This document shows positions 50,249 through 59,677 of a DNA stretch of 64,000 bases, piece by piece. The stretch's first letter is position 1. Each line of letters starts with the position of its first letter. A program made the translations under genes and the position numbers. Below the pieces are notes generated by a model, which saw nothing but the letters and a program-made list of their open reading frames with translations, did no database searches and had not been told where the DNA came from. Source of the stretch: an uncultured Pirellulales bacterium (GTDB lineage: Bacteria > Planctomycetota > Phycisphaerae > Sedimentisphaerales > SM23-30); assembly GCA_964482555.1 (NCBI GenBank), contig CAYZXY010000001.1, positions 165,030 to 229,029 on the forward strand, read 5' to 3'.

Positions 50249-51649
50249 TTATCTAATGTAATTGGTGCGATTGCCTCTCATGCCGCCCGCGGAGTTTTTG
50301 TTGGCGCCGCCCTGAGTCGAAGGATTCAATAACTCCTTGATTTGATCGGGTTTGTAACTGTCATAGCCGCGTTTTACGAAAAAATATTCGCAGTTCAAAC
50401 GCAGAATACCCAACGCCCCGGAACCGTAAATATATCGGGCGTTCGTTTCCTCTTCCAGTTCTATCGGCTCCACAATAATATCCAGAACCGCAATCTGGTT
50501 GCGGGGATTTCGCACATCCGAATTGATCAGCGATGCGGTCTTCTGACTCTGAAGCTCATTGATGAAGCTGATAACAGAGGAACGATCAATGACAACCGCA
50601 AGCTCAAAATGCACGACATCGATCAGATCGTTGCTCTTACGTTCGGTGACCGGCGTCGTGATCATGCCGACCAGCCCCGTAGCCGCGCCCCGGGAACCGC
50701 CGTACTGACTCGAAGACGTATCGCTCAGTTCCATGACATACGTCGGCAGGAGATTGACCTGCTTGGGGTCCAGACGACCGGCCGCCGCACCGCCCTGACG
50801 GCTGCTTGTGCCGCGAGTACCACCGCCGCTGCCGCCAAAATCGCCCACGGATTCGCCATTAAAAGATATGCCGATCAGCCGCTTTACCGGATTCTCCAGC
50901 ACATTTTTCGCCTGATTGATATTTTTGATCGATAAAGCGACATCTTCCTGAATCCAGTACCCCAGCTGCGAATACCAGCATTGCGGCAGTAAAACCTCAA
51001 TCTCGCCGCGCGGCTGCGTCTTCCAGTAACTGTAGCAGCTGAAAGAATCCGTATTGGCATAGACGCTGATCTGACGGGCACGCTCCTGCATTTTTTCTTC
51101 CAGAATGCCGTATTCGCTGGTGCCTTTCATGACCGATCCGTCCCGGCCGCCGCCGTAGCCCATCATCATGCCGCCGTCGGATCGAGCGCGGGTCTGGCCG
51201 CCCTTATAATTTTCCATAATGCGGTCCACTTCGGCATCACTGAGACGATCATCGGAATTCATCGCTTTCAACAACGCTTCAATGCCCTTGCAATAGCTGT
51301 CGGCAAAATCACTGAAATAAATCTGATAGCTCTGCTGACCGGGTGTGGGAAAGACTCTTTCAAACAACACCGGACGCGCCGTCGATTCGTACGCCCTGTT
51401 CAGCGATTCTCTGGTCTGCGCGTTGATCTGCCGCGCCGCGGCCTTTATCCGGGCGACATCGTCATCGTGAATCAAATCCTGACTCAGTCTGTTGGCGCTG
51501 TCATATATTCTTTGCACCTGCTCGATCCCTTTGGCGTTGGCCTGATCAACCATCAGCCCCCAGACGAAAAAGCCCAGCCCCACCAGCACCACCGCGCCGC
51601 ATGCGATCAGAACCACCTGCTTCTTAATAAAATCTAATACGGTATTCAT
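50249..51649 (-). CDS. PilO-like membrane protein
   Basis: N-terminal TM plus coiled coil; C-terminal VHFELAVVID..VISFINEL; follows pilM. Confidence 0.6.
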   Translation of the reverse strand: MNTVLDFIKKQVVLIACGAVVLVGLGFFVWGLMVDQANAKGIEQVQRIYDSANRLSQDLIHDDDVARIKAAARQINAQTRESLNRAYESTARPVLFERVFPTPGQQSYQIYFSDFADSYCKGIEALLKAMNSDDRLSDAEVDRIMENYKGGQTRARSDGGMMMGYGGGRDGSVMKGTSEYGILEEKMQERARQISVYANTDSFSCYSYWKTQPRGEIEVLLPQCWYSQLGYWIQEDVALSIKNINQAKNVLENPVKRLIGISFNGESVGDFGGSGGGTRGTSSRQGGAAAGRLDPKQVNLLPTYVMELSDTSSSQYGGSRGAATGLVGMITTPVTERKSNDLIDVVHFELAVVIDRSSVISFINELQSQKTASLINSDVRNPRNQIAVLDIIVEPIELEEETNARYIYGSGALGILRLNCEYFFVKRGYDSYKPDQIKELLNPSTQGGANKNSAGGMRGNRTNYIR

Positions 51650-51771
51650 AATACAATCTCTCAGTTTCTTGTTGGTTATGCCTGATTCTACTCATGACGA
51701 TTGCAGTTGCCATTACGCAGCTCTGCAAGGTCCCGCTTCAGCCAACGACATCTATACTGATACGCTCGGTA

Positions 51772-54294
51772 TTATTGCGGCAGGCCCGACGCTCCGGAAC
51801 CGGCAGGTCCGCCCTGAGCGACTGCGCCGTCGGGTTTATCCGCACTCTTGAGCTTGACTTTAAAACGTAAACGAAACCAGTAATCGTTCTTCTCGATAAC
51901 GGGCTGCTGATCGGGACCATAGACAATCTCGCCGTTGGCATTCACTTTGTAAATTTCACTAACCGGTTCAAACGTCAACGGATCGATCAAAGGATCAATT
52001 TGATTGATATCTTTACGGGTACGGGTCGGCCCCACGGTGCCAAAGCCGCCGCCCCGGCCGCCGGTACCGGCTAAACGGGTTGCCGCGGGATCGACCGGCT
52101 TGGAGATGCCGACACCCGAGGGTTGATTCTCGGTTTTTTGTATGGTGGAAACCCACCCGTTTTCCGTATAATCGAAATAGTCACGGATGTTCTCCGGCTC
52201 ATTGAAAATCTTAAACGGTAATTTCGCGGCCTGCTCGCTGCCCTGCTTTTGTTCATCCGTACGCGGCACGTTGACAGGCCCCACGGCCGGCGCGTTTTGC
52301 CCGCCTCCAGCGGCGGCATCACTGTTCACGTTCCGGTTTTTAAGCTGCTGATAAAGTTCTTTGTCACTTTGTCCCAGATAGAGTAGCCGCTGGAAAAAGC
52401 CCCATTTACTGCGGTCCAGCCCCACTTCCGGCGGCATCAAAAAACCCAGACCGTCCGGTTTTTCCGGATTAAAACCATGATGCGGCGTACTGCCTTCAAT
52501 AATCACGACAAAGCCGGGCGTTGTTTCCGTTTGTTCTGCTGGGCCTGGCTTTTTCGAGGAAGGAGCCGCCTGATAGCCGCCATAACCACCACCATAACCC
52601 CCGCCTCCGGGCCCCATCGGACCGCCCGGCATCATATCCGGCATCATCTCGCCATAGCCTTCCATCATCGGATCAAAACCTTCGCCATAGCCGCCCGCCG
52701 GTGAGGTGGTCGTACGACTCTGGGTCTTGAACGTGGTCAACTCATCGAAGGATTTATTCAAATCGTCCGCATAGACAATCTGAATACTGCTAATAAAGAC
52801 CTGCTTACGCTGATGACGGTCCGGAAACTGGTTTATAATACCCTGCTTATCCCCTTGCTTGAACAAATCATACAGCTTACTCTGATCGGAATTGTATTTT
52901 TCGTTAGGCAGTTTCGTGAAAACCGTCTTATATAAAGACGGCACCACAACCCGGTCCGAATACAAATCGGCAATTTTCTGGAATTCCGTCTTGTCCTGCT
53001 GGATTTTCTGCTCCATCTCGTCATATTGCGAACGGTTACGATTGACAACCGTTTCATAACGCTTGATTTCCGATATGCTGCCTTTGGCGGAATTGATATT
53101 GCTCCGCAGAGCATTGGCGTTAATAAAACTCAACAGCCCCGCCAGCATAAACACCGCCGCCGCCCCGATAAAGAATGGACGCTTTTTGCGCCAGGCCGTC
53201 TGCCGGATTATCTCACGCGGCAGCAGATTGCTGTTAATTGTGCCCTCCCCCACGCCCTGAAGGGCCAGACCATACGCTACCGCCATACTCGGCAGATTCG
53301 CCGTAAACTTGGTCATCGAAATGTCACTCGTCAATTCCAGCGAATCAAAACCATCCAGCCGTTTCACCGGCAACGACAGGCTCTGCTGGAGAAACTTGAT
53401 CAGCCCAGGCAGCTTCATCGCATTACCCAGAGCAATCACTTCACGGAACCGAACATCACGATTGCCGCTGCTGTAAAAACCCAGCGACCGCTGAATTTCC
53501 GCCGCCAGATCGGCAAAGACCGAACGCATCGCCTGAAAAATCTGCCGGGCATACTTACTCGTACTGGCCGTACGCTTGATGGCTTCCGCTTTGGTAAAAC
53601 TCAGCTTGAAGGCCTTCTGAACCGCAGCCGTGAACTGATTCCCGCCGACCGGAATGCTCCGCTGCCATACCTTCAAACCGTCCATTATAATCAGATCCGT
53701 GTTTTCCGCTCCGATATCCAGGACAATCACCGCTTCCTGCGGATTATTCTGCAACTGCTGCTGATCGTAACGCAAAAAATTATACAAAGCCATCGGCGCC
53801 ATCTGCACCATGTCTATCCCGCAGCCCACACGACTGAACGGCGCTAAAGCCCGATGGACCAGATCGCGTTTGATGGCGAATATCCCCAACTCAATATCAG
53901 GATTGTCCGGAGTCTGAAACGTCTGCCAGTCCCACTCCACATCATTCATATTAAACGGAATCTGCTGCTGGGCTTCCAGCGGCACCAGAGCCGGTATTCG
54001 CTTGGTTTCCACCGGCGGCAGCTTGACGAAACGAGCGAAACTGTTCTGCCCCGACACCGAAACAACCACATTGCAACCGGCGGTATCATGCTCATCCAAA
54101 AATTTATCCAGCGCCCTGGTCAACAACCCCATTCGCTCTTCCAATGTGATTTCCGGCTGGGACAAAATCTTCTCATGCTCGATCACCTCGAAGTCGAGAA
54201 CCTCCACCCCGTCTTCGGTGACGCCAAGCTTGATAGCCTTCAATGTACAATTGCCGACATCTATGCCCCATGCCATTTTGGCGGATTTAGCCAT
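51772..54294 (-). CDS. pilM: Type IV pilus assembly protein PilM with a fused PilN-like C-terminal part
   Basis: WGIDVG..LKAIKL, EAQQQIPF, VLDIGAENTDL, IPVGGNQFT..QK, EIQRSLGFY; then INSNLLP, a TM and a periplasmic region. Confidence 0.9.
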   Translation of the reverse strand: MAKSAKMAWGIDVGNCTLKAIKLGVTEDGVEVLDFEVIEHEKILSQPEITLEERMGLLTRALDKFLDEHDTAGCNVVVSVSGQNSFARFVKLPPVETKRIPALVPLEAQQQIPFNMNDVEWDWQTFQTPDNPDIELGIFAIKRDLVHRALAPFSRVGCGIDMVQMAPMALYNFLRYDQQQLQNNPQEAVIVLDIGAENTDLIIMDGLKVWQRSIPVGGNQFTAAVQKAFKLSFTKAEAIKRTASTSKYARQIFQAMRSVFADLAAEIQRSLGFYSSGNRDVRFREVIALGNAMKLPGLIKFLQQSLSLPVKRLDGFDSLELTSDISMTKFTANLPSMAVAYGLALQGVGEGTINSNLLPREIIRQTAWRKKRPFFIGAAAVFMLAGLLSFINANALRSNINSAKGSISEIKRYETVVNRNRSQYDEMEQKIQQDKTEFQKIADLYSDRVVVPSLYKTVFTKLPNEKYNSDQSKLYDLFKQGDKQGIINQFPDRHQRKQVFISSIQIVYADDLNKSFDELTTFKTQSRTTTSPAGGYGEGFDPMMEGYGEMMPDMMPGGPMGPGGGGYGGGYGGYQAAPSSKKPGPAEQTETTPGFVVIIEGSTPHHGFNPEKPDGLGFLMPPEVGLDRSKWGFFQRLLYLGQSDKELYQQLKNRNVNSDAAAGGGQNAPAVGPVNVPRTDEQKQGSEQAAKLPFKIFNEPENIRDYFDYTENGWVSTIQKTENQPSGVGISKPVDPAATRLAGTGGRGGGFGTVGPTRTRKDINQIDPLIDPLTFEPVSEIYKVNANGEIVYGPDQQPVIEKNDYWFRLRFKVKLKSADKPDGAVAQGGPAGSGASGLPQ

Positions 54295-54761
54295 TTTTCT
54301 TTATTCCTGTCAAAATATCATAAAAAAATCAGATTTTAGCGCTATGCAACACTACTATTTTAACCCATCTGCAAAAAATTTAAATGTTTAATTTGTTTCA
54401 GTGCGGACAACGGGGGGATATTTCGCAATATATCTGGGCAAATTTATCGTGGAAAATATCTTGTCTTGCCCGTCCAAAAAACCTCGTTGCCTGTTTTCCT
54501 TCCCACCTCTCCTCGATTACTGGAAAACAGGTATAGACAAACCACTCTCCTGCAAATATATTATCACACTCCGGGGGGCATTATGCAAGAGAAAAGACCG
54601 ATTTCCTGCCCGAAACCAGCAAAACAGCTATAACCAACCGGGCAGCAAGCTCCAGACAAAACCACACATAACCGTTTTCTTTATAACTAGTTACAGATGA
54701 AGAAAACGGGGAAACGCCATCAGAATCCATGTAAACGAGGGGAGATCAATCGAAGATATGG

Positions 54762-55220
54762 TCAGACCTGATATGTCGTCGGACGCCCCTGGAGTCGGGC
54801 CACTTCCTTTCGCGCGATTTCCAGCGTGAGGCCAAGTTTCCTTAAAGCCTTCTCAGCAATGCAGTTACGCTCTCTTAACAGCCCCAGAAGCAGATACTCG
54901 GTCCCGATCTTCTTATCACGGAAACGCTCTGCCTCAATGATGGCATACGCCACGACCTGCTTGAAATGCGGCGTGCCCGGCAAACGCCCTAACACCCACG
55001 TCTCTTCAGAAGACTTTTTCACCAGATGCTCGACCTGATCACGAACCGCATACAGCGTAATCGAACTGTTCGCCAGGACCTGCGCCCCCACTCCCAGGCC
55101 ATACTCAAGAATCGCCAGCAGAACGTGTTCCGTCCCCACGTACTCCAGATTCTCCCGCTGGGCGATCTTCTCGGCCAGCTTGAGTACTTCTTTCGCGGTT
55201 TCTGAGAAATGCTGATACAT
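54762..55220 (-). CDS. Stand-alone Clp N-terminal (double Clp-repeat) domain protein
   Basis: MYQHFSETAKEVL.LA..A....YVGTEHVLL and second repeat KIGTEYLLLGLL; clean stop, no AAA+ domain downstream. Confidence 0.88.
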   Translation of the reverse strand: MYQHFSETAKEVLKLAEKIAQRENLEYVGTEHVLLAILEYGLGVGAQVLANSSITLYAVRDQVEHLVKKSSEETWVLGRLPGTPHFKQVVAYAIIEAERFRDKKIGTEYLLLGLLRERNCIAEKALRKLGLTLEIARKEVARLQGRPTTYQV

Positions 55221-55353
55221 ATTAGTGGCACATCCTCTTGGTAATCTGTTCTCCTTCATCGCCAAAAACAATAGAAATTATGCATAATAAATCCATTTTT
55301 TCCCAGCAATATCCCAAAAAAAGAGGAAAAAGGCTGATTGTCTCGCAATGGAT

Positions 55354-55458
55354 TATACCCAATTGGATTGAAAGCTCCGAACCGAGCCGGGCGTAAGCTT
55401 TTCATCTGCAAATAATTACGTACCGACAAAACGGAGCATTTCCATCGCAACGTGTATA
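55354..55458 (-). mobile_element. 105-bp repeat family 1, copy O (reverse orientation)
   Basis: Plus strand TATACCCAATTGG...CATCGCAACGTGTATA. Confidence 0.88.
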
Positions 55459-55479
55459 AATAGCATATTATGCAGAATA

Positions 55480-57210
55480 TCAGGCGCCTTTGCCCAGCGC
55501 CCGCCGAATCTCACCTATCAACTGATCGACTTTAAATGGTTTATACAAAACGGCATTCAATCCTTCCCGGTTCGCTCGGACGATCGAATGATTCGGGTCG
55601 TACCCAAATCCCGTCATCAGAATCACGGGAATCTCACTATCCAAGTCACGTGCCGTAGCAAAAATTTCATAACCATTTGCAAATGGCAGCTTTATGTCAG
55701 ATATCACCAGATGGTACTGCTGTTTGCCCAGCAGCGCCTTGGCCTCACGACCATCGCGGGCGGCATCCACAATACACCCATATTTCTGCACCACATCCGT
55801 GATCGTCTGACGAATGAACTCCTCATCATCCACCAAAAGAATCTGTTTGCCCGCCAGCAGCGGGTCGATCTCAACATCCGAAATGGACTGCACACCGAAA
55901 ATCCCTTTGGGTTGATCTTGTAAATCTTTCATCGACCGCTTGATGCTCACAACATTATCCACGATACCCTGCAGCCGATGTCGGAGATCGTCATGACCGA
56001 TATAATCCTCCATTATCAACGATGCCTGAGTCAAAATCGCATTCAGCGGCTCAGACACTTGACGGTTGAGATTGTCCGCCGCCTGGCCCGTCGTCTGATA
56101 GCGCTCCACCACCATCAAATCCAGTATATTCATGGCTATGGCAATATATCGGCCGAAAATCTCCGCCATCTGACGATCGTCCTCATCGAAGGCCTGATCC
56201 TGGGCGCTCTCGACATTCAACGTCCCCACCACCTTGTCATGCAGCAGCAGAGGCACCGTCAGACAGCACTTCGCGTCCGCCATCCCGGCTATATACCGCG
56301 GATCGGCCGACAGGCTATTGCAGATATAACTACGCCCCGTCGCCGCCACATAACCGGTGATGCCGTTGTTTTCAATATTGGCAAAAAGCTCCGCATGGTT
56401 ATCCATCGGCACCCCCGCTCCAAAAAGCACCTCCAACTGGTTATTCCGGCGGTTGAGCAGACGGACCACGAAATTATCGAAATGCAGCAGATCTCTGGCA
56501 TATCGCACAATCTTGTCCTGCAAAAGATTAATACGCTCTTCGACAACCATATTACTGAGCGTCTCCGCCTCGAGCCGCACCAGTTCACGGCCGGCCTTGT
56601 CAATGGCGTCTATCCGCTGCTGCAGCTTACGGCTGGCGGTTTCATCCCAGACGACCGTGGCCACATGGCTGATGCGATTATGCTCATCGAGCATGGGATT
56701 CACGATCATCTCAAAATATCGCCCGGTCTTCTCATCTGTCAGAGAATACTTTCGCGGACGCAGCGGCACATTCTGAGGCAGGGTTTCCAGATCGCGGGCA
56801 AAAGACGCAAACGCCCCGCGGCTCCGGGAGAAAATCCCCTCTTTTACCGCTTCGGAAAAGCCTTCCATCTTGAAATTCGACCAGAGCGCCGCACCGTTCT
56901 CATTCACCACGCAAACGCCCTCACCGACCGTGTTTAAAATCGACATGGCTTTTTCCGCCACCACCGCCCTTTCCAGCGGCAGAAAATCTGCCGTGCCCGA
57001 TATGACGGCATCGAAATCCTGCTCCTGCAGGGAAACGATCGCCTTTTCCACGGAATCAGCCGTTAATCCGGTCAAATTTTGTGATTCGGCTATTAACGCT
57101 TCAAAAACGCGAGAAGGACAATTGGCCCCCTTGCTCTTTAAAATCAAAACCTTGAGTTTTTCCGTATCCGATTTTTCCGCGATTGCCGGTTTGATATCAT
57201 TATTGCACAT
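55480..57210 (-). CDS. PAS-GAF-(degenerate HisKA)-REC signalling protein
   Basis: PAS-like and GAF regions (VPLLLHDKVVGTLNVES); C-terminal REC LLVDDE..VISDIKLP..MTGFG..KPF; no HATPase domain. Confidence 0.88.
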   Translation of the reverse strand: MCNNDIKPAIAEKSDTEKLKVLILKSKGANCPSRVFEALIAESQNLTGLTADSVEKAIVSLQEQDFDAVISGTADFLPLERAVVAEKAMSILNTVGEGVCVVNENGAALWSNFKMEGFSEAVKEGIFSRSRGAFASFARDLETLPQNVPLRPRKYSLTDEKTGRYFEMIVNPMLDEHNRISHVATVVWDETASRKLQQRIDAIDKAGRELVRLEAETLSNMVVEERINLLQDKIVRYARDLLHFDNFVVRLLNRRNNQLEVLFGAGVPMDNHAELFANIENNGITGYVAATGRSYICNSLSADPRYIAGMADAKCCLTVPLLLHDKVVGTLNVESAQDQAFDEDDRQMAEIFGRYIAIAMNILDLMVVERYQTTGQAADNLNRQVSEPLNAILTQASLIMEDYIGHDDLRHRLQGIVDNVVSIKRSMKDLQDQPKGIFGVQSISDVEIDPLLAGKQILLVDDEEFIRQTITDVVQKYGCIVDAARDGREAKALLGKQQYHLVISDIKLPFANGYEIFATARDLDSEIPVILMTGFGYDPNHSIVRANREGLNAVLYKPFKVDQLIGEIRRALGKGA

Positions 57211-57231
57211 AGCTATCTCGTCACGATTTAT

Positions 57232-57336
57232 TATACTGCTTCCGAATTAAGTTTTGCCGTTTTTTCAAACCATAATCACTTACACGGAAAACAGTTAGGT
57301 GTGGCTTTACCGGAAGCTCCCTGACCGATGGGGTAT
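57232..57336 (+). mobile_element. 105-bp repeat family 1, copy P (diverged)
   Basis: TATACTGCTTCCGAATT...CCGATGGGTATA, 105 bp; shares variants with copy S. Confidence 0.6.
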
Positions 57337-57420
57337 AATTCCGGCTGAGCCGGGTTAAGCAATATTTTTCTATATTAAAGTATAACAGATTAAAATCGGT
57401 TTGGGAATAGGAATATATCT

Positions 57421-57476
57421 GAAAGTTAACTTTCGCGTTTTTTTTTGATCACTCTGGCGTTCCGCAGGGCCTTTAA
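57421..57476 (+). repeat. ~55-bp motif (family 4), copy 1
   Basis: GAAAGTTAACTTTC palindrome, T-run, TGGCGTTCCGCAGGGCCTTT; repeated at 60518. Confidence 0.7.
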
Positions 57477-57493
57477 AACCCCTTGATATTCTT

Positions 57494-57597
57494 TATACGC
57501 ATTCCGATGGCAACGCCCCGTTTTGCCTAAACGTAATTATGGGCGGAGAAAAAGCTTTCGCCCGGCTTTGCCCGAGCTTTATACCCAATTGGGTATA
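57494..57597 (+). mobile_element. 105-bp repeat family 1, copy Q
   Basis: TATACGCATTCCGATGG...TACCCAATTGGGTATA. Confidence 0.88.
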
Positions 57598-57916
57598 GGT
57601 ATTTAAAAAAATGGGAAATAAGTGATTCCCTCTGTCGAGGGGGGATATGACTATACGACGCAATCGGCTTTGCGATTTGCCTGCCGTGTTTGAGCCAGGC
57701 TTACCTCCCAGGCTGCAAGCATAAAAAAACCCAATCGTCCTGGAAACATGCTCATGTTTTCCTGAGAATCCGATTGGGCGCTCGCTCTCATTCTCCCAGG
57801 TTGTCTGGGTTATTATATGCACAAAGCCATGCCGCTCAGCCTGTCCCGTATAAACCGGAACGATACCCATCTAGGAACGAAAGGAGGTGTATCAAATCTT
57901 TAAATGGGTATTGTTT

Positions 57917-58918
57917 TTAAAACCTCGGTTCCTGACCCACATTATCCTGAACCCGGGGATGAGCGTTTTCATACTCTTTCTTCATCCGGTCGGTCGTCAG
58001 ATGGGTGTAGATCTGGGTCGTACTGAGCGACTGATGTCCGAGCAGTTCCTGTACCACACGCAGGTCGGCTCCGTTGTTGAGCATGTGCGTGGCGAAACTG
58101 TGCCGCAGGGTGTGCGGGCTGATTTTCGGGTCCAAACCGGCCTGGAGGAGATACTTATCCAGCTTTCTGCGAACCGAGCGGGTGCTCAGTCGCTGACCGT
58201 GTTTGTTGATAAACAGGGCCTGCTGATCGAAATCCTGCTTTCGGGGATCGGCGTCCCGGAAAGTCAGGTAACGCTGGATGCATTGCAGCGCCGAAGCGCC
58301 AATTGGCGAGATCCGTTCTTTTTTGCCTTTTCCGCGGAGATGCAGAACCTCTCCCAGAAAATCGACGTCATTCAAATTCAAACCCACCAGTTCGCTGACA
58401 CGCAAACCGCTGCTGTACAGCGTCTCGATAATGGCACGGTCGCGAGCGCCCAGCATCGTATTGGTGTCCGGGCTTTCCAGCAGCCGCTTGACATGATCAA
58501 TCTCCAGGCAGCGCGGAAGGCGCTTTTCCTGCTTGGGCGTACGGATCGAGCTGACGGGACTGCTTTCTATCCGTCCCCGACGAATCAGGAACTTGTAGAA
58601 ACTGCGCAGCGTCGCCAGTTTGCGGGCGGTGGTGGCTTTGGAATAACCCTGCTCGTTCAAATAAGCCAGATACGCGCGAATCAGCGAGACATCGGCCTGG
58701 ACGATACGGGCATTCACTTCAACGGCTACGGCGGTTTGCGGCGTCGCAGCGCCCGCCATCCCCGCGTCCTGCATGTCACTGGCCGGTTCATCTTGTTGCG
58801 AGATAAAACCAGCAAACTGAATCAGGTCCGCCTGGTAACACTTGGTAGTGTACGGGGAAAAGTGCTTTTCATATTTTAAATAATCCAGAAATTCTTTAAT
58901 AATGGGATAATCTTGCAT
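57917..58918 (-). CDS. xerC: Tyrosine recombinase XerC
   Basis: ARKLATLRSFYKFL, SSGLRVSEL, GKGKKER, SPHTLRHSFATH, LGHQSLSTTQIYTH; start MQDYP after AGGA. Confidence 0.93.
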   Translation of the reverse strand: MQDYPIIKEFLDYLKYEKHFSPYTTKCYQADLIQFAGFISQQDEPASDMQDAGMAGAATPQTAVAVEVNARIVQADVSLIRAYLAYLNEQGYSKATTARKLATLRSFYKFLIRRGRIESSPVSSIRTPKQEKRLPRCLEIDHVKRLLESPDTNTMLGARDRAIIETLYSSGLRVSELVGLNLNDVDFLGEVLHLRGKGKKERISPIGASALQCIQRYLTFRDADPRKQDFDQQALFINKHGQRLSTRSVRRKLDKYLLQAGLDPKISPHTLRHSFATHMLNNGADLRVVQELLGHQSLSTTQIYTHLTTDRMKKEYENAHPRVQDNVGQEPRF

Positions 58919-58983
58919 TGTCCTACCACAATCGGCGAAGGTGAACATTTCCCTGGCATGTAGGGGTTTAATCATTAGCCCGC

Positions 58984-59235
58984 GAGCGGCTGTTCAGGGT
59001 CTGTGAACATACACTCTACCTTGGGACGACCTTACACGGCCGCCTGGAAATTGCCGCTATCCTCTCCGGATACGCAACGCAATTTCTGAACAACATGATG
59101 TCATATCTGTGAGACCGGAGCGAGAAGTGAACTTATCGCTGCGCCAGTCTTTAACTAATTCAATTCAGACGGCTGCGTAAACCTGTTTAACAACTCCCTG
59201 ATTAAACCACGGTTCCGTCTGTCGGGTCTCCGCCC
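58984..59235 (-). ncRNA. Candidate ~250-nt multi-hairpin RNA between a small gene and xerC (unassigned)
   Basis: Four tandem hairpins plus a possible closing stem; see findings. Confidence 0.45.
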
Positions 59236-59246
59236 ATTTTATAAAT

Positions 59247-59522
59247 TTACTCTGTATCGCATTCATCCAGCGAGTTCAACCCGGAAGACGTCGAATGCGT
59301 TTGAGGACAGAGGTACTTATCTGCTTCTTCAACCAGCTGCTTACTGAGCTGAAAGCTCAATACCGCGGCGTCAAACCAGTCAAAATGATTGCCTTGATCG
59401 TTGGCCAGATCAACGAAAGAATCCAGCAGGTCTTCCTCCGCGCCTGATTCATAACGAAACACAAAGCGTTCTTCTTCTTTTACAAGTGTCAGTTCTTTGA
59501 TGCTGCTGCCCATCATGACCAT
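59247..59522 (-). CDS. Small acidic hypothetical protein
   Basis: 91-aa ORF, protein-like composition (IKELTLVKEEERFVFRYESG..FDWFDAAVLSFQL), same strand as its neighbours. Confidence 0.75.
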   Translation of the reverse strand: MVMMGSSIKELTLVKEEERFVFRYESGAEEDLLDSFVDLANDQGNHFDWFDAAVLSFQLSKQLVEEADKYLCPQTHSTSSGLNSLDECDTE

Positions 59523-59551
59523 CCTGTCAGGGCGATGCCCTGGGGGTATGT

Positions 59552-59670
59552 TCTACTCGTTCCGATTGAAAACTCTCGTTTTACTGGAACGTAATTATGT
59601 GCGTTAAAAAACATTTATACTGTTTCCGATTGAGTTTTCGCTTACGCGGCTCTGCCGAAGCTTTCTAAAC
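59552..59670 (+). mobile_element. Family-1 rearranged copy R with a second internal left end
   Basis: TCTACTCGTTCCGATTG...GTGCG, then TATACTGTTTCCGATTG at 59616, then GCTTACGCGGCTCTGCCGAAGCTTTCT. Confidence 0.72.
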
Positions 59671-59677
59671 GGGGCAC

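Noticed and set aside
57917-58918. Tyrosine recombinase as a prophage or island integrase
   Set aside because: The sequence fits housekeeping XerC, there are no phage or cargo genes, and I saw no att-like duplication of the tRNA-Lys 3' end.
58984-59235. tmRNA, SRP RNA or RNase P assignment for this region and for 20286-20477
   Set aside because: No tRNA-like ends with a T-loop, no SRP GGAA-loop motif, no GAGGAAAGUCC P4 motif. Left unassigned pending cmscan.
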